A stretch of 64,000 bases of DNA. It comes from Rhodanobacteraceae bacterium UBA703. GTDB lineage: Bacteria > Pseudomonadota > Gammaproteobacteria > Xanthomonadales > Rhodanobacteraceae. The position numbers and the translations under genes are program-made. The stretch covers positions 45,357-109,356 of the forward strand of contig DBMH01000098.1 in the NCBI GenBank assembly GCA_002297645.1. Direction: 5' to 3'. This document shows, one piece after another, positions 49,023 through 58,731 of the stretch (within the stretch, counting starts at the first letter, position 1; every line of letters starts with the position of its first letter). A model generated the notes under the pieces. It saw only the letters and a list, made by a program, of their open reading frames with translations, had not been told where the DNA came from and did not search any database.

Positions 49023-49973
49023 ATGACTTCCCGCCGCACGCTGTATCCCGAAATCGAGCCGTTCGACAGCGGCTTCCTGCAGGTATCGCCGCTGCATCGC
49101 CTGTACTACGAGCAATGCGGCAATCCGGGCGGAAAGCCGGTGGTCTTCCTGCATGGCGGACCGGGCGCGGGATGCAACGCGAAGGCACGGCGCTTCTTCG
49201 ATCCTGCGCACTATCGCATCGTGCTGTTCGACCAGCGTGGTTGCGGACGCTCGACGCCGCATGCCGAGCTGATCGACAACACGACCTGGCACCTGGTACA
49301 GGACATCGAGGTGCTGCGCGAGCATCTCGGCATCCGGGACTGGCAGGTGTTCGGCGGCTCCTGGGGTTCGACGCTCGCGCTCGCCTATGCGCAGACGCAG
49401 CCCGGGCGCGTGACCGAACTCGTGCTGCGCGGCATCTTCTTGCTGCGCCGGTGGGAACTGGAGTGGTTCTACCAGAAGGGCTGCGATGCGATCTTCCCCG
49501 ACGTGTGGGAGGAATACCTGCAGCCGATTCCGCCGGTCGAGCGGGGCGACCTCATGAGCGCCTACCATCGCCGCCTCACCAGCGCCGATCCGGCCGTGCG
49601 CGTCGAGGCCGCGCGCGCCTGGTCGACGTGGGAAGGGGCGACGAGCTTCCTTCATCAGGATCCGGCGCACATCGCGGCGACCGGCGAGGACGAGTTCGCG
49701 CTCGCCTTCGCGCGTATCGAGAACCACTACTTCGTCAACGGCGGTTTCTTCGATGTCGACGGGCAGCTGCTGCGCGACGTGCATCGCATCCGCTCGATCC
49801 CCACCGTGATCGTGCAGGGACGTTACGACGTGGTTTGCCCGATGCGCAGCGCGTGGGACCTGCATCGCGCATGGCCGGAGGCGGATCTGCGCATCGTCGA
49901 CGATGCCGGCCATTCGGCCTTCGAGCCCGGCATTACCCACGAGCTGATCGAGGCGACCGACCGGTTTCGCTGA
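49023..49973 (+). CDS. pip: Proline iminopeptidase (alpha/beta hydrolase, S33)
   Basis: LHGGPG, FDQRGCGRSTP, GGSWGS nucleophile, GRYDVVCP, AGHS. Confidence 0.95.
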   Translation: MTSRRTLYPEIEPFDSGFLQVSPLHRLYYEQCGNPGGKPVVFLHGGPGAGCNAKARRFFDPAHYRIVLFDQRGCGRSTPHAELIDNTTWHLVQDIEVLREHLGIRDWQVFGGSWGSTLALAYAQTQPGRVTELVLRGIFLLRRWELEWFYQKGCDAIFPDVWEEYLQPIPPVERGDLMSAYHRRLTSADPAVRVEAARAWSTWEGATSFLHQDPAHIAATGEDEFALAFARIENHYFVNGGFFDVDGQLLRDVHRIRSIPTVIVQGRYDVVCPMRSAWDLHRAWPEADLRIVDDAGHSAFEPGITHELIEATDRFR

Positions 49974-50093
49974 CGCGATCGGCGAAGAGAACCCGCCGCC
50001 GTCGGATGGCTTCGTGACGGCGGCGGGGCAATCGATCCGGGTGCATCGCGGCGGCTGCGTGGCCGCCTTCCACTTCGTTCCCGGGAGCCGTGC

Positions 50094-50444
50094 TCAGTGA
50101 GCGGGGGCTGCGGCGCCGTCGCCCTTGAGGCAGGTGCTCATGAACGTCTTCCGCTCGTCGCCCTTGAGCTTCTTGCCGCTGGCTTCGGTATTGCAGACTT
50201 TCATCTTCTCCTGCTGCGTCGTCTTCGCGGCGGGAGCTGCGGCCGTTTCGCCCTTGAGGCACGTGCTCATGAACGTCTTGCGCGCGTCACCGGCGAGAGC
50301 CTTCGTCTTCGCTTCCGCGTTGCAATCCTTCATGCGCTGTTGCTGCGGCGTCAGCGCCTTGCCGGAATCGGCCGCGAATGCAGTGCAGGAACCGAACGCG
50401 AGTGCGGAAACCAGAGCCATCGAGAACATCGTCTTGAACTGCAT
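50094..50444 (-). CDS. psiF: PsiF-repeat periplasmic protein
   Basis: Signal peptide; two QQxxMKxCNxEA...GDxRKTFMSTCLKG repeats; GGAGG RBS. Confidence 0.9.
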   Translation of the reverse strand: MQFKTMFSMALVSALAFGSCTAFAADSGKALTPQQQRMKDCNAEAKTKALAGDARKTFMSTCLKGETAAAPAAKTTQQEKMKVCNTEASGKKLKGDERKTFMSTCLKGDGAAAPAH

Positions 50445-50687
50445 GGGGAACCTCCCTCCGGATATGGGTCCGTAGCCACCGAGGCCTCGGTGGGGCGCAG
50501 TGTACGCCGACCGCTTGCGGTGGAAAGCGGCGCTGCAAGGAAATCCACGAAGGATTCGCCTTCGATTCAGGCGAGGATTCCGGACTTCCCGCCTTGCCCC
50601 GCATGCGGCCTGCGGAGCAGGTACTCCGGATCCGTGCCTCCGTCGGCCGGCGCCCGCTCGGGAGCGCCGGGGACGGGGCAACCGGAC

Positions 50688-51077
50688 TCAGTCCGCGTGC
50701 GACAGCCGGTCGTCGCGAACGCAGGTGCGCATGAATTCCTTGCGTTCGCCGCCCTTGATGCCACGGGACTTCGCATCGTCGCTGCACGCCTTGCGCTTGA
50801 TCTGGGCGGCGGTCGGTTCGGAGGCCTTCGCCGCGTCGCTCGCCGCGACCGCCTTGGCGCCACCCTTGAGGCACGTGCTCATGAACGCCTTGCGCTCGTC
50901 CCCCTTGAGGGATTGCGCCTTGGCTTCGGCATTGCAGGTCCTCATGCGCTGCTGCTGGGTACCGAGCGGCTTGGCGGGCGTGACGGTGGCGGGATCGGAC
51001 TCCTGCGCCGTTGCGGCAAAGGAGCCGAGCGCGAAGGCGGCGGCGAGGGCCAGCGGGACGACGGACGTGATCTTCAT
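50688..51077 (-). CDS. Second PsiF-repeat periplasmic protein
   Basis: Signal peptide; QQQRMRTCNAEA..LKGDERKAFMSTCLKG plus a diverged second repeat; AAGGAG RBS. Confidence 0.88.
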   Translation of the reverse strand: MKITSVVPLALAAAFALGSFAATAQESDPATVTPAKPLGTQQQRMRTCNAEAKAQSLKGDERKAFMSTCLKGGAKAVAASDAAKASEPTAAQIKRKACSDDAKSRGIKGGERKEFMRTCVRDDRLSHAD

Positions 51078-51513
51078 GATGGGTACTCCTTCCATTGGTG
51101 GTCCGCGATCGGTCGATCGCGGTGGAAGCAGTGTGCTCGGTCGCGTTCGGGCCGGGCAGAGGAAGAAAGCACCACGGAGCGAGCGCGGAAGGTGCTGCGA
51201 TGGCGAGGAAACCGACGGGGCATCTGTAGGAAATCTGCCAGATGCCCTGACGATCGGTGCCCTGTCCGGCGGTCGTGCATTCGGTCAGGGGGCATACGGG
51301 AACAAGTCTCCGATTTCTCTCGTGCGCCGCCGCGTCATCCCTACCTTGCGCCTCGAAACAGCTCAAGCGGGTACGCGGGCCCAACGGTCTCGCGGAGCAG
51401 CAAACGCGGCGTCGCGGACGACAGGCGGCTGGTCCGGGTTGTTGTGAACACCCCAGGAAGGCCCCCGGGCATGCCGCTCGGGGCCTCCTTGGCCGCGAAT
51501 TTCGCGCGGAGCG

Positions 51514-53841
51514 TCAGCGCGACTCGAAGGCGTCCGCGAAGATGCGGTCGCTTTGCGTGCAATGGACTTCGATGTCGTCGACATCCGTGTTCGAGACCGC
51601 ACCGCTGCCCGCACTGACTTCGCAGTACTGCGCTGGCATGCCGACCGGTTGGTGGCTGATCTCGACGTGGTAGCTGGCCCCATCGGCCAGTGGCGTTGCA
51701 AAGCGGAAGGCGCCGTCGGCTGTCAGGCGCAACGCCTCTCCGCCGTTCAGCAGCAACTCGACTTCGCTTCCGGACAGGCCACTGAGATAGCCACCGATGG
51801 TGTAGCTCGGCGGCGGCGAGGTCACGCAACGGACGGTCACATCGACGACATTGGCCGAACTGACCGTGCCGCTGCCGTTGTCGACCGTGCAGACCTGAAT
51901 CGGGGCGCTCGGCTGCGTGGACACGCTGATCGCGTAAGCGGATCCCGTAGCGAGGAAGCCCGGGAACGTGAACGCGCCGTCGGCATGGATCGGCAGCGTG
52001 GCGCCGCCGTTGAGTTGCAGCGCCAATCCGCTGCCGGCCAGACCGTTGACGGTGCCACCGATGGTGTAGGTCGTCCAAGAGGATTCATGGGCGCCGATGT
52101 CCGCGGCGTTGCCGTGTTCGCGCGGAAAGCCGGTCCCGCGCTGGTCGAACTCCAGCCCTTCGGGATTGCTGCCGGCATCGACCGCGCACGATCCCTCCGC
52201 CAGTGCGTGCGTCATGGTGGCGCCGCCGTTGTCGGCCAGCGGCTGCAGCAGCGGGTCGCAGGTCAGCGGCGCGACCTCGAACGTGATCAACGAGTGCCAG
52301 GCGCCGACGAGGTTGTGCGAGCCTTCCACATGGGTCTGGAACCAGTCCCAGTAGACCTGGTGGGTGATATCCGATTGCAGCCGTCCGTCGTTCTCGTCCG
52401 AACCCCGGTTGCCGTACACCATCGACGATTCCAGGACCAGCCGCTCTGTATCCGCCATCCCGATGCCGCCGCCGAACGAGAAGTAGCCCGCGGTCGAATT
52501 GCCGGTCAGGGTCGAATTGAGCAAGTGCAACTCGCCTTCGTACATGGCGATCCCGCCGCCATAAGCGAACGAGCCGGTAGTCGAATTTCCGGACACGGTG
52601 CTGTTGATCAACGTGACCGGCCCCCACGAGTACATGCCGCCTCCCGGGCTTTGCCCGCCCGTGATCCAGTCCGGACTGTTGCTCAGGCCGTCGGTGGAGT
52701 TGCCCGCGATGAGGGAATCGATGAGGGTTCCCTCGTAGACCTGCAGCCCGCCGCCCATCGAACCCCTGCCGATGGCCCGGTTGCCCACGACCTGCGAGCG
52801 GACCATCAGCAACTCGCCCGCATGCAGGCCGCCGGCGCCGTTGGTCATCTCGCCCGACACGAGGTTGTCACGGATCACGCTGTCGATCACCGTCGCCGAT
52901 TGGGCCGACGCGGCACCCGCACGCCCGCCATTGCCGACGAGGCGGTTGCGCTCCAGGCGCGATCGTTCCAGCAACAAGTGCTCGCTGGTTCGCACGGCGC
53001 CCGCGCGCGTGTTGCGGGCGACCATCTCGTTGTCCGCGACCTCGCTGTCGATCAGTTCGACCGACCCCGTTGAGGCGATCACCCCACCGTCTGCCTCATC
53101 GCCCTGGGCGTAGGAATTGATGATGCGGCAGTGCCTCAGGCGCAGCCCTTCGGGCTGGAAGAGATAGATCGCAGCGCCCGAACCGCCGTTTTCGCCGGTG
53201 ATGCGATTGCCATCGAACAAGCAGTCCGAAGCAGTCATGTTCGACGCCGAGACGGCCCCGCCGAGGTTGTCTGCGGAGTTGTTGATGAAATCGGTTTTCT
53301 CGACGATCAGATGCGGGCCCATCGACCAGATCGCGCCTCCTTCCATGCCTTCCTCGGCGACGCCGTCGCGCAGGATCAGGTTGGTCAGGCGGAGCTCGTC
53401 CGAGGGATCCTGATAGATGACGACGAAGAAAAGGCCGAAGTTGCGGGTCTCTCCCGGGCGGCGACGGATCGTCACGCGCTCCTCGCCGCCGTCGATGGCC
53501 AGTGATTCCGTGACCTCGAGTGAGCCGCCTGTTTCACTGATCAGGTCAACCGTGCGGACCTCCGGAGTGAAGACGATGCGGTCGATGCCGGGCTCGCCGG
53601 ACGCGCATCCGGCGACCGGGGCGTTCGTGTTGGCTGCCTTGATCGCATTGCGCAGGCCGCAGCGCTCGCTCGCCGGTCCCTCGTCGGCTTCGGTGTCGAC
53701 CACGATCTGGGCGGCCCAGGCGCCGGCCGCCGGCAGCAGCGCCAGAGCCAGGGTGAGAAACAGGCGGCGACACGCATCCAGGCGCGTGGGAGGGGTGCGG
53801 GGTACCGCGGGCGCTGCGACAAGCGTCCGATAGCGGGGCAT
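51514..53841 (-). CDS. Exported CSLREA-type / beta-helix / choice-of-anchor Q domain protein with two C-terminal Ig-like repeats
   Basis: Signal peptide (..AGAWA); CGLRNAIKAAN; GG[AI]-rich Pmp-like repeats; DPLLQPLADNGGATMTHAL...DQRG...DIGAHE; two YTIGG.(V/L).GL.GS repeats; ends SDRIFADAFESR. Confidence 0.85.
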   Translation of the reverse strand: MPRYRTLVAAPAVPRTPPTRLDACRRLFLTLALALLPAAGAWAAQIVVDTEADEGPASERCGLRNAIKAANTNAPVAGCASGEPGIDRIVFTPEVRTVDLISETGGSLEVTESLAIDGGEERVTIRRRPGETRNFGLFFVVIYQDPSDELRLTNLILRDGVAEEGMEGGAIWSMGPHLIVEKTDFINNSADNLGGAVSASNMTASDCLFDGNRITGENGGSGAAIYLFQPEGLRLRHCRIINSYAQGDEADGGVIASTGSVELIDSEVADNEMVARNTRAGAVRTSEHLLLERSRLERNRLVGNGGRAGAASAQSATVIDSVIRDNLVSGEMTNGAGGLHAGELLMVRSQVVGNRAIGRGSMGGGLQVYEGTLIDSLIAGNSTDGLSNSPDWITGGQSPGGGMYSWGPVTLINSTVSGNSTTGSFAYGGGIAMYEGELHLLNSTLTGNSTAGYFSFGGGIGMADTERLVLESSMVYGNRGSDENDGRLQSDITHQVYWDWFQTHVEGSHNLVGAWHSLITFEVAPLTCDPLLQPLADNGGATMTHALAEGSCAVDAGSNPEGLEFDQRGTGFPREHGNAADIGAHESSWTTYTIGGTVNGLAGSGLALQLNGGATLPIHADGAFTFPGFLATGSAYAISVSTQPSAPIQVCTVDNGSGTVSSANVVDVTVRCVTSPPPSYTIGGYLSGLSGSEVELLLNGGEALRLTADGAFRFATPLADGASYHVEISHQPVGMPAQYCEVSAGSGAVSNTDVDDIEVHCTQSDRIFADAFESR

Positions 53842-53968
53842 GGAGTTCTCCTGCGTTGGGTCAAGGGCGGCGCGGCCTCGCGCTGCCAGCCTCAGGATGC
53901 TGGCACGGGGGCGCCGCGCGCGACGCCGGACAGCGTGCGTGGCGTTCGCAAACCGTTTGTGCGCCGTT

Positions 53969-56470
53969 TCAACGCGTCTGGATGGGGCGGAATCGCGGCG
54001 GAACCTCGCTGCGTTCGCCGCGCAGCCGACGCACTGCCAGCGCCATGCGCTGCTCGCCGTCACGATCGCCGGACGCCCGATGCAGATGCTCGAACAGGCG
54101 CGCGCAGCCGAGGTCGCGTTCCGCGCAGCGCACCACCCGTCCGGCCACGGTCATGGCGCGATCGAGGCGACCGCTGGCCAGCAAGGCCGACGCATACGCC
54201 TCCACCACCTGGGCCAGGATCATCGGCACGCCGAGACTTTCGGCGGCGGCCAGCGACTTCTCGAAATCCGGCCATGCCTCCTCGGTGCGGCCTTCGGCGT
54301 GCTGCTGCTCGCCCTCGGCCAGCCAGCGCCACAACTGCGCTTCGTTCGGAGAGCGTTCGGCCCAGCTGCGCATGTCGGCCAGACGTTCGCGCGCGGCGTT
54401 GGCGCCGTGCCGATGCCGCAGCGAACGCAGCTGCAGGACCCAGGCCTCGCCCTGCATGGCAGGCACGTCGCCGCCGTCGCCAAGCCACGCATCGAGCGCC
54501 TTGTCGGCGGCATCCGCCTCGCCGAGCGCGACCAGCAGGCGGAATTGCTGCAGGGCGAGGTAGCGCGCGCCGAACGTCTGGGCTCCGGTGCGGGGATCCA
54601 GTGCGGCGAGCAACACCTTGGCGGCCCCCAGTTGGCCCAGATCGATCAGCGGGCGCAGACGGACCGCTGCCGCCATCGGCAACAGGTCGCTGCGATCGAC
54701 CGATGTCACGTAACGCCACAGCGGCTCGCTGGTGGCGAGGGCCTGATCCCACTCGAGCAGGTCCGACTGCATGTCGGCGCGGTCGAGGCGCGCCGACATG
54801 GCGCGCCGCACGTTGCCGAGCGCCATGTACGCTTCCTCCGCCCGCTGCAAGGCCAGGGTCGCTTCGTGCAGGCGACCGCGCACGCCGGCCAGGACCGCTT
54901 CTCCGGTCGCCAGCAGCGCCTCGCGCTCCGGATCCTGGCTCGCTTCCAGACGCATGCGCGCTTCGGCGAGTGCGTCTCCCGCTTCCTCGTAGCGGCCGCG
55001 ATTGGCCAACACGACGCCCAGGTGTGCCTGGGCACGTCCCAGATCGGCGTCGGAACCGCTGGCTCGGGCCAGCATCGCGATGCTTTCGCGACCGTACGAC
55101 TCCGCTTGGGCGAGATCGCCGCCGCGCGCAGCGATCCGCCCCAATCCCAGCAGCGCACGGCCGCGCATTTGCGGCGTGTCCGCCGCGCTGTCGGCGAGAA
55201 CCGCGCCAAACAGGGTCTGCGCCGTCTGCAGGCGATCGAGTTCCAGTGCGGCATTCGCGGCGCCCAGGCGCACCACGGCGAGCGTCGGCGGTGGCGAACC
55301 GGTCGCTCGCAGCCAGCGCTCGGCCTCGTCGCCACGGTCGGACATGACCCCGGCGGTGTAGCGATAGGCCAGGCGCAGGTGCGCTTCGTCCTCTCCTGCC
55401 GGCTCGATGCGCAGCGTGCGTCCGACCGCTTCGAGCAGATGCAGGGCTGCCGTGCGCATGGCGGCGATTTCGTCGTCGGCGTAGGCGGAGGCTTCGAGCG
55501 TCGCTCGTCCCGGCTGCAGCAGGCGCAGGCTCGCCTTCCAGCCCAGCGCGTCGCGCTCGATACGTGGCTCGACCAGCGCACGAGCGCCAAGCGCGTCCAG
55601 CGTGGTGGCGGATGCCGACGCCATCCCGGCACCGCTCGCCGGCGTGATTCCGGCCGGCAACGTGACGATCTCGGCGGCGTGGAGCATGTCGCGGATCGCC
55701 TCGGCGAGGCCCAGGCGCTGCCAACCCTCGCCCGATTCGAACTCGCCCTGCACGGGCTGGATCAGCCATGGACCCGTCGCCAGACCGAACTCGCTCGGCG
55801 CCGGAAGAGCGGCGCGCCGGTCGGCAGCGCGCAATGAGTCCGGGGCCTGCGGTCCGGCCCGCCACACGAGCGCGACCAGAACGGAGGACACGACCAGGAG
55901 GAGGAGGCCGAGGCCGCCCAGAATCCGTGTAGTGCGGCTCCTTCCGCGAAGCAGACCGCGTGACGTGGCGGTGTCAGGGAGTCGAACCTCGGCCACGGTG
56001 GTGTCGGATTCCGGCACCGCGGGCCGCGTTGCGGAAGCGGGCTCGATTTCGGACTGCGGCTTCTGCGTGGCTTCTTCGCCTGTCGCGGCGGTGTCCGGCG
56101 AATCAATCGTCGAAACCGCTCCGGCCGCCACGGGGCCTTCGGTGGTGTCGGCCATCCAGCGATAGCCGAAATGCGACAAGGTGCGGATGACTTCCTGGCG
56201 CCGTGCGTCGTCGCCGACTGCGCGTCTCGCATGCATGATGGTCTGGCGCAGCACGCTGTCGCTGATCTGGGTACGTCCCCAGATCGCCGCGATCAGCTCA
56301 TCGCGACCGACGGCGCGTTCGCGCTGCGCCACGAGATAGGCAATGCAGTCGAAGACGCTCGGCGTCGTGGCAACGGGTTGTCCGTCGCGATGCAGCTCGC
56401 GCTTGGCGGTGTCGAGCGTTCCGCGGTCGAAACGATAGGTGCGGTAACGCGCAGACGCCTGCTGGGCCAC
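53969..56470 (-). CDS. ToxR/CadC-like membrane-anchored regulator: OmpR-type winged helix, one TM helix, TPR-like extracytoplasmic region
   Basis: GTG 56470 with GAGG RBS; YRF...RELHRDG...RAVGRDELIAAIW...IRTLSHFGYRW; TM ILGGLGLLLLVVSSVLVALVW; helical A/L-rich repeats. The ORF-track extension to 58339 is out-of-frame overlap. Confidence 0.85.
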   Translation of the reverse strand: MAQQASARYRTYRFDRGTLDTAKRELHRDGQPVATTPSVFDCIAYLVAQRERAVGRDELIAAIWGRTQISDSVLRQTIMHARRAVGDDARRQEVIRTLSHFGYRWMADTTEGPVAAGAVSTIDSPDTAATGEEATQKPQSEIEPASATRPAVPESDTTVAEVRLPDTATSRGLLRGRSRTTRILGGLGLLLLVVSSVLVALVWRAGPQAPDSLRAADRRAALPAPSEFGLATGPWLIQPVQGEFESGEGWQRLGLAEAIRDMLHAAEIVTLPAGITPASGAGMASASATTLDALGARALVEPRIERDALGWKASLRLLQPGRATLEASAYADDEIAAMRTAALHLLEAVGRTLRIEPAGEDEAHLRLAYRYTAGVMSDRGDEAERWLRATGSPPPTLAVVRLGAANAALELDRLQTAQTLFGAVLADSAADTPQMRGRALLGLGRIAARGGDLAQAESYGRESIAMLARASGSDADLGRAQAHLGVVLANRGRYEEAGDALAEARMRLEASQDPEREALLATGEAVLAGVRGRLHEATLALQRAEEAYMALGNVRRAMSARLDRADMQSDLLEWDQALATSEPLWRYVTSVDRSDLLPMAAAVRLRPLIDLGQLGAAKVLLAALDPRTGAQTFGARYLALQQFRLLVALGEADAADKALDAWLGDGGDVPAMQGEAWVLQLRSLRHRHGANAARERLADMRSWAERSPNEAQLWRWLAEGEQQHAEGRTEEAWPDFEKSLAAAESLGVPMILAQVVEAYASALLASGRLDRAMTVAGRVVRCAERDLGCARLFEHLHRASGDRDGEQRMALAVRRLRGERSEVPPRFRPIQTR

Positions 56471-56991
56471 TGAATCCCTCTGGAAAGTCCGGTTTCCGCT
56501 ACACGGTACCTCATACGCGATGGGGGCCCTACCGCGAATGGTCGCGTCGGCAGTCAGGGACCTGTGTGAATTGCCTTTTCGCGTCGATTCGCGAGAGGCC
56601 GCACGCGGCGCATGGGGGCCATGGCACCGGCAAACCGAACCCTCCGCGCCGGGAATGCGCGCCGACGGCTTGCGATGGCGGTCGAGTCGCCGGGGGCCGT
56701 TCCAAGTGCCGCGCGACGCCCTTGTCTGCTGCCGCTGGAATTCGGGCTCATCGGAGAGGCCGGCTCTGCCCGCGAAACCACGGCGTTGGGGGCGGGTGCG
56801 CCGCCGATCCGTAGAGAGAGCGGCGGGAAGAGATGGTGCGCCCGCATCGAGGCGAATGCCGGCTTGGTTGCGCCGGCGCCACAACCGCCCCGACGGGGAA
56901 CACGTCGACGGACGGGCGGACGGCTTGCGGAGATCGTCAGCGTGGGCGCCTGTGGGAATCCCGCCAGGCGCCCGCTGGACGGACGAGCGTG

Positions 56992-58500
56992 TCAGGCCGC
57001 TGCGCGCTCGGTTTCCATCTTGCGCGGACCGTGGATGAGCGCCTGGCGTACGCCGTCGACGATCAGATCCACCTCGGCGGCGGTCGTCGCGAAATGCGGC
57101 GTGAAGCGCAACGAGTTGGCGCCGCCGTGAATGACGCCGTAACCGTGTTCGCGCATCCATTCCTCGGTGCTGCCGGCGCCGTAGCACTTGAATTCCGCGG
57201 CCAGTTCGCACGAAAACAGCAGGCCCGTGCCCTGCACCTTCGTGATGTAGCCGGGGAGTTCCGCCTTCAGCTTGCCGAGCTTTTCCACGAATTCGCGACC
57301 GCGGGCGCGGATGTTCTCGCGCAGCTCCGGCGTCAGCGTGTTGAGCACGGCGACGCCGACGTCGAGCGCGCGCGGGTTCGCCGTCATCGTGTTGCCGTAG
57401 ATGCCCTTCCTGTAGAGCTCGGCGGCGCGCGTGTTGGCCGCGACGACGGACAACGGATACTGGCCGGCGTTGAGTGCTTTGGAATAGGTCTCGAGGTCCG
57501 GCGCTTCGAGCGTCTCGAAGCCCGGATAGTCGACGATCGACAGCACGCCATGCGCGCGCAGGCCGGCCTGGATCGAGTCGATCAGCAGCAGGCTGCCGTG
57601 AGCCTTGGTCAGCTCGCGTGCGGCGGTGTAGAACTCGGTGGAGACCGAACGGCCTGGATCGCCTTCGCCCATGACCGGTTCGATGAACACGGCTTCGATG
57701 AACCAGCCGTTCGCGTCGGCGTCGGCGAATACCTGCTTCAGCTGCTCGACGCTGTACGGCTCGACCGTCAGGAGGCTGTCCTCGCCGCGGTAGCTGGCGA
57801 GATTCTGGAGATAGGTCTTGCGGGTGGAGTCGGAGTACAGCGCCGGGCGCTCGGTGCGGCCGTGGAATGCGCCCTTGACGGCGACGCGCTTGACCGCACG
57901 GCCGGCGTGGCGCGCGCCCGGGTCGGTCATCAGCTTGGCGTTGACGTCGACGATGCGCGAAGCCAGCGAGACGGACTCGGAGCCGGAATTCAGGCACATG
58001 AACTTCGCGTACGGGCAGCCTCCTTCGCGGTTCTGGCCGATTTCCTTCCTGAGCGCCTGTCCGAACTTCAGCTGGGACAGGTTCGGCGTCATCACGTTCG
58101 CCATCACCTGGGGACGCGACATCACGCCGAGGATCGCCTTCGGCGCGTGGCCGAGGCCGAGCATGCCGTAGCCGCCGGCGTCGTAGATCACCGCTCCCTT
58201 CAGCGTGACGATCCATGGGCCGTGCGCGGCGAGGGCGACGTACGGGTTGACGCCGTCGTCGGGATAGAAGTTGACGAAATCGGACTGCGCGCGGGTGATC
58301 TGCTCGGCCTCGTCGAGGTGCAGGAAGTCGGACATGCACGAGCGCAGCGCGAGATGCGCCGCATAGGCCTCGTCGATCGCCTCGCCCAGTGCCGGGTCGG
58401 ACTGCAGGAAGCGCTCGATCGACGCGTCGTCGAGGCCGCTGGTACGCACGGCACCGTCGAACTCGCGCATTTCCTTGAGTTTGGCCAGCATCGGATTCAT
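56992..58500 (-). CDS. Class III PLP aminotransferase, probable L-lysine 6-aminotransferase
   Basis: NSGSE, FHGRT, IEPVMGEG, IDSIQAG, PLP lysine in YSKALN; overall resembles the 'Flavobacterium lutescens' Lat type (recalled, not searched). Confidence 0.8.
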   Translation of the reverse strand: MNPMLAKLKEMREFDGAVRTSGLDDASIERFLQSDPALGEAIDEAYAAHLALRSCMSDFLHLDEAEQITRAQSDFVNFYPDDGVNPYVALAAHGPWIVTLKGAVIYDAGGYGMLGLGHAPKAILGVMSRPQVMANVMTPNLSQLKFGQALRKEIGQNREGGCPYAKFMCLNSGSESVSLASRIVDVNAKLMTDPGARHAGRAVKRVAVKGAFHGRTERPALYSDSTRKTYLQNLASYRGEDSLLTVEPYSVEQLKQVFADADANGWFIEAVFIEPVMGEGDPGRSVSTEFYTAARELTKAHGSLLLIDSIQAGLRAHGVLSIVDYPGFETLEAPDLETYSKALNAGQYPLSVVAANTRAAELYRKGIYGNTMTANPRALDVGVAVLNTLTPELRENIRARGREFVEKLGKLKAELPGYITKVQGTGLLFSCELAAEFKCYGAGSTEEWMREHGYGVIHGGANSLRFTPHFATTAAEVDLIVDGVRQALIHGPRKMETERAAA

Positions 58501-58635
58501 TCGGGGTCTCCGTAAAACGACGGTGCCCGCTCCCGGGAAGGTGCGGGCACTCGGCGTTTAAGCCTTGATTGGAATGGGAAAATAGTCCGGAAAATGTAGC
58601 ACAGCGGACTTCTTCGCGGTACCCCGGGGGGCGGA

Positions 58636-58650
58636 GTGACGGATGTCATG
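58636..58650. promoter_or_regulatory. Candidate NarL/DesR-type operator
   Basis: GTGAC-GGAT-GTCAT inverted repeat about 85 nt upstream of the ABC operon. Confidence 0.4.
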
Positions 58651-58731
58651 CGCAGCGGCTGATGTCTGTGCCTGCCGCGGCGCCGGAGTTCTTCCTAGAG
58701 TGGCTCCATCGAAGCCGGAAGGAATGGTTCC

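Noticed and set aside
56471-56991. ncRNA or small gene in the 520-nt gap upstream of the wHTH regulator
   Set aside because: Only generic GC hairpins and ORFs without RBS or motif; nothing supportable by eye
56471-58339. ORF-track N-terminal extension making the wHTH-TPR regulator 1456 aa
   Set aside because: Out-of-frame overlap with the aminotransferase plus intergenic DNA; the recognisable protein begins at GTG 56470 with an RBS
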